64,000 nucleotides of DNA from an uncultured Gammaproteobacteria bacterium (GTDB lineage Bacteria > Patescibacteriota > Patescibacteriia > Buchananbacterales > UBA6539). Positions 60,050 to 64,000 of this stretch are shown here, piece by piece. Both the position numbers and the translations under genes were made by a program. Position 1 is the first letter of the stretch. Each line of letters starts with the position of its first letter. The stretch lies in NCBI GenBank assembly GCA_964540635.1, contig CAZINP010000001.1, forward strand, positions 9,540-73,539, written 5' to 3'. The notes under the pieces were generated by a model, which was not told where the DNA came from, made no database searches, and saw nothing but the letters and a program-made list of their open reading frames with translations.

Positions 60050-60700
60050 TTAAAGCAATTGCTTGAGAATGTCCACGGTTTCATTCCTCCCCCCAGAAAC
60101 AACCACTGCACCCATATAACCGGCATTAAGCGCCGGCTGACAATCAGTATGAAAACGATTGCCAATGCTGATGCAGTCTCGCGATCGGGTTTTGGCCAAG
60201 TAAGAGGCGGCCAAGAAAAAATTCGGATCAGGTTTATAGAAATTAACCATGTCTGTTGCCATAAAACGGCAACCAATTTCTTCGGGAATAATTCCCAAAA
60301 GGCCCAAAATCTTTCGGCCGAGCTTTTCCGGAGAATTCGTGGCAAAAACCAACGAAAATGACCTTGCGGCCAACAAAATAACATCAACCAACTCTTGATC
60401 CCGCACCAGAAAAAGCTCCGGGCACAAACGGTTGCGCAGACCATTCCACTCCCGGGCATTAATCCCCAGGGAAATAACCGTTTCGGTCAAAGCAAACTTT
60501 CGGCCGTAACGAAGCTTAAGCGCTTCTTTTCTTTTCTTGACAACCACGGCCGCTTCCTCCGAAGTTAAGTCAAGCAACTCGGCAATACCGCTAAACTTCA
60601 TTTCTTTCCAATGCGCGGTATATTCCGGGCAATTATAGCAAGTGTCATCGACATCAATGACAATGGTACTTGCGTTTTCCAAAGAGCCGATAATCTCCAT
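60050..60700 (-). CDS. HAD-superfamily hydrolase
   Basis: Motif I is IVIDVDDTCYN (DxDxT). Size and fold are consistent with HAD phosphatases. Confidence 0.55.
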   Translation of the reverse strand: MEIIGSLENASTIVIDVDDTCYNCPEYTAHWKEMKFSGIAELLDLTSEEAAVVVKKRKEALKLRYGRKFALTETVISLGINAREWNGLRNRLCPELFLVRDQELVDVILLAARSFSLVFATNSPEKLGRKILGLLGIIPEEIGCRFMATDMVNFYKPDPNFFLAASYLAKTRSRDCISIGNRFHTDCQPALNAGYMGAVVVSGGRNETVDILKQLL

Positions 60701-60790
60701 CTGATTACTCCTGTCAGGTTGGGTTTCAAAAATAAATTATAGCAAAATATCTTTAAAAATCAAAATAAAAAACCGAACGCGGGGTCGGGG

Positions 60791-61207
60791 TTATTTCAAA
60801 AGAGCATCAACGATTTTTTGGAATTCCGAAATCGGATGTTCGCTATCAAGACCAATAATCGTGACGCCAAGCTTTTCCAGTTCGGCCAAAAGGTCGGGAT
60901 TTTTTGTCACCGAAAGCGAAATCAGATGTGCGCTTTTGGGTGTTAAAAACTCACCTTGCCTGAGCCGACGAATAAGCCTGAGTCCGGGGGCGCGCCTTTC
61001 GAGGCTGTCAAAAGTCAAGATTTCAGCGCCCACGTTCATACTGCACAAAGGGTCAATCACAAATAAGTCATAGGCTTTTGTTTGCAATGACCGCAAGGCA
61101 TCGGCGTAATACCGGGTTTCCGAAACCGGATAACCTGCTTCTTTGAGCCGGTCAATGTGAAAATGACTGCCGTAGTCAGTGTAGGATAAAATTTCCTTAG
61201 CAGACAT
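60791..61207 (-). CDS. Receiver-like (divergent CheY-fold) protein, tentative
   Basis: YDLFVIDPLCSMNVGAEILTFDSLERR...ISLSVTKNPDLLAELEKLG follows a REC beta3-alpha3...beta5 pattern. The N-terminal acidic pocket is not canonical. Confidence 0.3.
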   Translation of the reverse strand: MSAKEILSYTDYGSHFHIDRLKEAGYPVSETRYYADALRSLQTKAYDLFVIDPLCSMNVGAEILTFDSLERRAPGLRLIRRLRQGEFLTPKSAHLISLSVTKNPDLLAELEKLGVTIIGLDSEHPISEFQKIVDALLK

Positions 61208-61339
61208 CGGCGCGACTCCTCAAAAACGACACAATAATACTCACTGGTTTAATCCTTATTTATTGACTTCAAGCCAGACTGTCATGGGATTATAATTGGA
61301 ACAATCCCTGGCACCGTGGTCAAAATACCACCGGGCAAC

Positions 61340-61978
61340 TCATTTGTTTCCACAATAATAAGCGCTTTCCAAGCCAGAAACTTGACGATCTTCAAGCTTG
61401 GTGTCAATTTCAAAGCCGGCCTTTACCACCCGTTGAGCGATTTTGTAGTTACCGTTTACAACCGCCTCAAGAACTGCGGTAGCGATTTTACTGTTGCCAC
61501 AAATAACCGACTTGTCTTCAATCGCATCAAGCAAGTATAAAACGATCAAGTCCAATTTCGGGTGATCGGGAACAGAATAGTAGGGACATGAGCCATTGTC
61601 TTCTTCCCTGGGCTCAATTACCTCATGGTTCAAAGCCTGGATTAAAGCATAGATGATATTAGCCCCAGACTTGACCAAGATTTTTACCGCCTCCAAATCA
61701 AGGCTATAAATCGCGCCTTCAATCGGCGTTTTAGAATAACCAAAACTCACGTAATTTACATTGGCGCCAAGCGAAATCAAAATAGAAATCGCTTTGATTT
61801 TTTCCGGTTGCGGCGCTTGATAGCAAACCGAGCTTAAAGCCGAGTTTAGAAACAACTCATCGGCTCGAAGCGAACAACACTTCTTGGCAAACGAAAGCCA
61901 AAAAAGCGCTTTTTTCATGGAGTGCTTGGCAATCGCACTCCTAATCCTAACCTCGATCAGCCTCCTTAGGATTATCAT
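61340..61978 (-). CDS. Ankyrin-repeat-like protein
   Basis: Repeats of the G-TP...A......LV.(S/A)GA.(I/V) type are present (SKTPIEGAIYSLDLEAVKILVKSGANI, IATAVLEAVVNGNYKIAQRVVKAGFEID). The track ORF extends to 62158 across a terminator and the repeat array. The start is taken at the internal Met. Confidence 0.4.
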   Translation of the reverse strand: MIILRRLIEVRIRSAIAKHSMKKALFWLSFAKKCCSLRADELFLNSALSSVCYQAPQPEKIKAISILISLGANVNYVSFGYSKTPIEGAIYSLDLEAVKILVKSGANIIYALIQALNHEVIEPREEDNGSCPYYSVPDHPKLDLIVLYLLDAIEDKSVICGNSKIATAVLEAVVNGNYKIAQRVVKAGFEIDTKLEDRQVSGLESAYYCGNK

Positions 61979-62074
61979 TTTCTTAAGCCTTTTGGTTACG
62001 GCCCTCGTTTCAAAGAACACGCAAGCACGAACAAGCAAGATAAGGTTAACAAATAAGCACAATAAAATCAAGAA

Positions 62075-62097
62075 TGAAAAAACCGGCCTTAGCCGGT
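62075..62097 (-). terminator. Rho-independent terminator downstream of the rRNA operon (minus strand)
   Basis: CCGGCTAAGGCCGG followed by TTTTTT on the minus strand. Confidence 0.55.
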
Positions 62098-62126
62098 AAA
62101 CAAATATTCGTAGATTCAAGTTTATT

Positions 62127-62374
62127 TCTGAATTTGAGAATAAAAAAATTGGATGCAAAGTTCCCGCGATGACCTATCCCGCTAAAGCGGGATTTCGCCC
62201 CGCAGATGCGGGGCTCAACTTTCCCAAAATGTTTTTTATCTGAATTTGAGAATAAAAAAATTGGATGCAAAGTTCCCGCGATGACCTATCCCGCTAAAGC
62301 GGGATTTCGCCCCGCAGATGCGGGGCTCAACTTTCCCAAAATGTTTTTTATCTGAATTTGAGAATAAAAAAATT
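62127..62374. repeat. 112-bp direct tandem repeat (2.2 copies) carrying pseudo-copies of the 5S rRNA 3' end plus two GC hairpins
   Basis: The unit GGATGCAAAGTTCCCGCGATGACCTA-TCCCGCtaaaGCGGGA-tttcg-CCCCGCagatGCGGGG-ctcaactttcccaaaatgttttttatctgaatttgagaataaaaaaatt begins at 62151 and 62263. The first 26 nt are identical to the 5S 3' end. Confidence 0.85.
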
Positions 62375-62503
62375 GGATGCAAAGTTCCCGCGATGACCTA
62401 CTTTCCCCCGAAGGAGTATCATCGGCTCTGTGAGGCTTAACTTCTGTGTTCGGGATGGGAACAGGTGTGACCCTCACGATAGAATCACGGGAACACTGCA
62501 TCC
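62375..62503 (-). rRNA. rrf: 5S ribosomal RNA
   Basis: The minus-strand sequence GGATGCAGTG...CCCATCCCGAACACAGAAGTTAAGCC...GGGAACTTTGCATCC has a terminal helix I and a conserved loop C region. Confidence 0.85.
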
Positions 62504-62559
62504 AATTGATGTAGTGTAATTTTTAGGTAATTGATTTTTTACCCAATTCTTGTGGTTAA

Positions 62560-64000
<1,441 letters not shown>

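Noticed and set aside
62127-62374. Possible CRISPR array (regular direct repeats)
   Set aside because: The units are 112 bp and perfectly contiguous, with no unique spacers. They are pseudo-5S 3' ends with hairpins, not CRISPR repeats. No cas genes are in the window.

Overview
This window looks like a low-GC (about 38-42%) bacterial chromosome of Patescibacteria/CPR type. It has few Shine-Dalgarno sites, many genes without them, and several clean rho-independent terminators. The main contents follow. (1) A complete V/A-type ATPase operon (H-I-K-E-C-F-A-B-D, 18.4-27.0 kb) with a canonical sigma70 promoter. (2) A housekeeping block: valS-tyrS plus an orphan REC gene, gpmI, cca, rluD, a gmk-like gene and rplS. 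(3) Six tRNAs (two plus four), including a tRNA-Ile with a UAU anticodon. (4) A minus-strand 5S rRNA and the 3' two-thirds of a 23S rRNA running off the window end. (5) A Ca2+ handling block with two tandem CaCA exchangers and a P2-type Ca-ATPase. (6) Two separate CcdA-based thiol-disulfide modules: DUF134/DUF5320 with a thioredoxin-CcdA fusion, and an ArsR cluster with a thioredoxin-like protein, an ArsP-like permease, a second thioredoxin-like protein, CcdA and DUF2703. (7) A sugar-nucleotide and glycosylation block with a split GlmU, an RHH-fused nucleotidyltransferase, NagB, GT2 and GT39-like glycosyltransferases and a UGM-like flavoprotein. The features I would look at again are listed here. 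Several compositionally foreign GC-rich cassettes (50-56% GC) sit on the minus strand: an orphan ParB-like gene with an unknown partner, a translationally coupled wHTH and PurM-like pair, a GT2 and an ATP-grasp-like gene. A 515-aa protein next to the tRNA cluster has a C-terminal caspase-like His-Cys dyad. Next to it is an unannotated 41-aa poly-Lys/Ala peptide gene with a textbook promoter, Shine-Dalgarno and terminator. An NrnA-like protein has DHH changed to DNN and GGGH lost. A Gmk-like protein has its Walker-A lysine destroyed. A DUF2703 gene carries an in-frame TAA. A structured leader of about 150 nt lies upstream of the GT39-like gene. A 112-bp tandem repeat carrying pseudo-copies of the 5S 3' end sits downstream of the 5S. 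No CRISPR array, transposase or integrase is evident.
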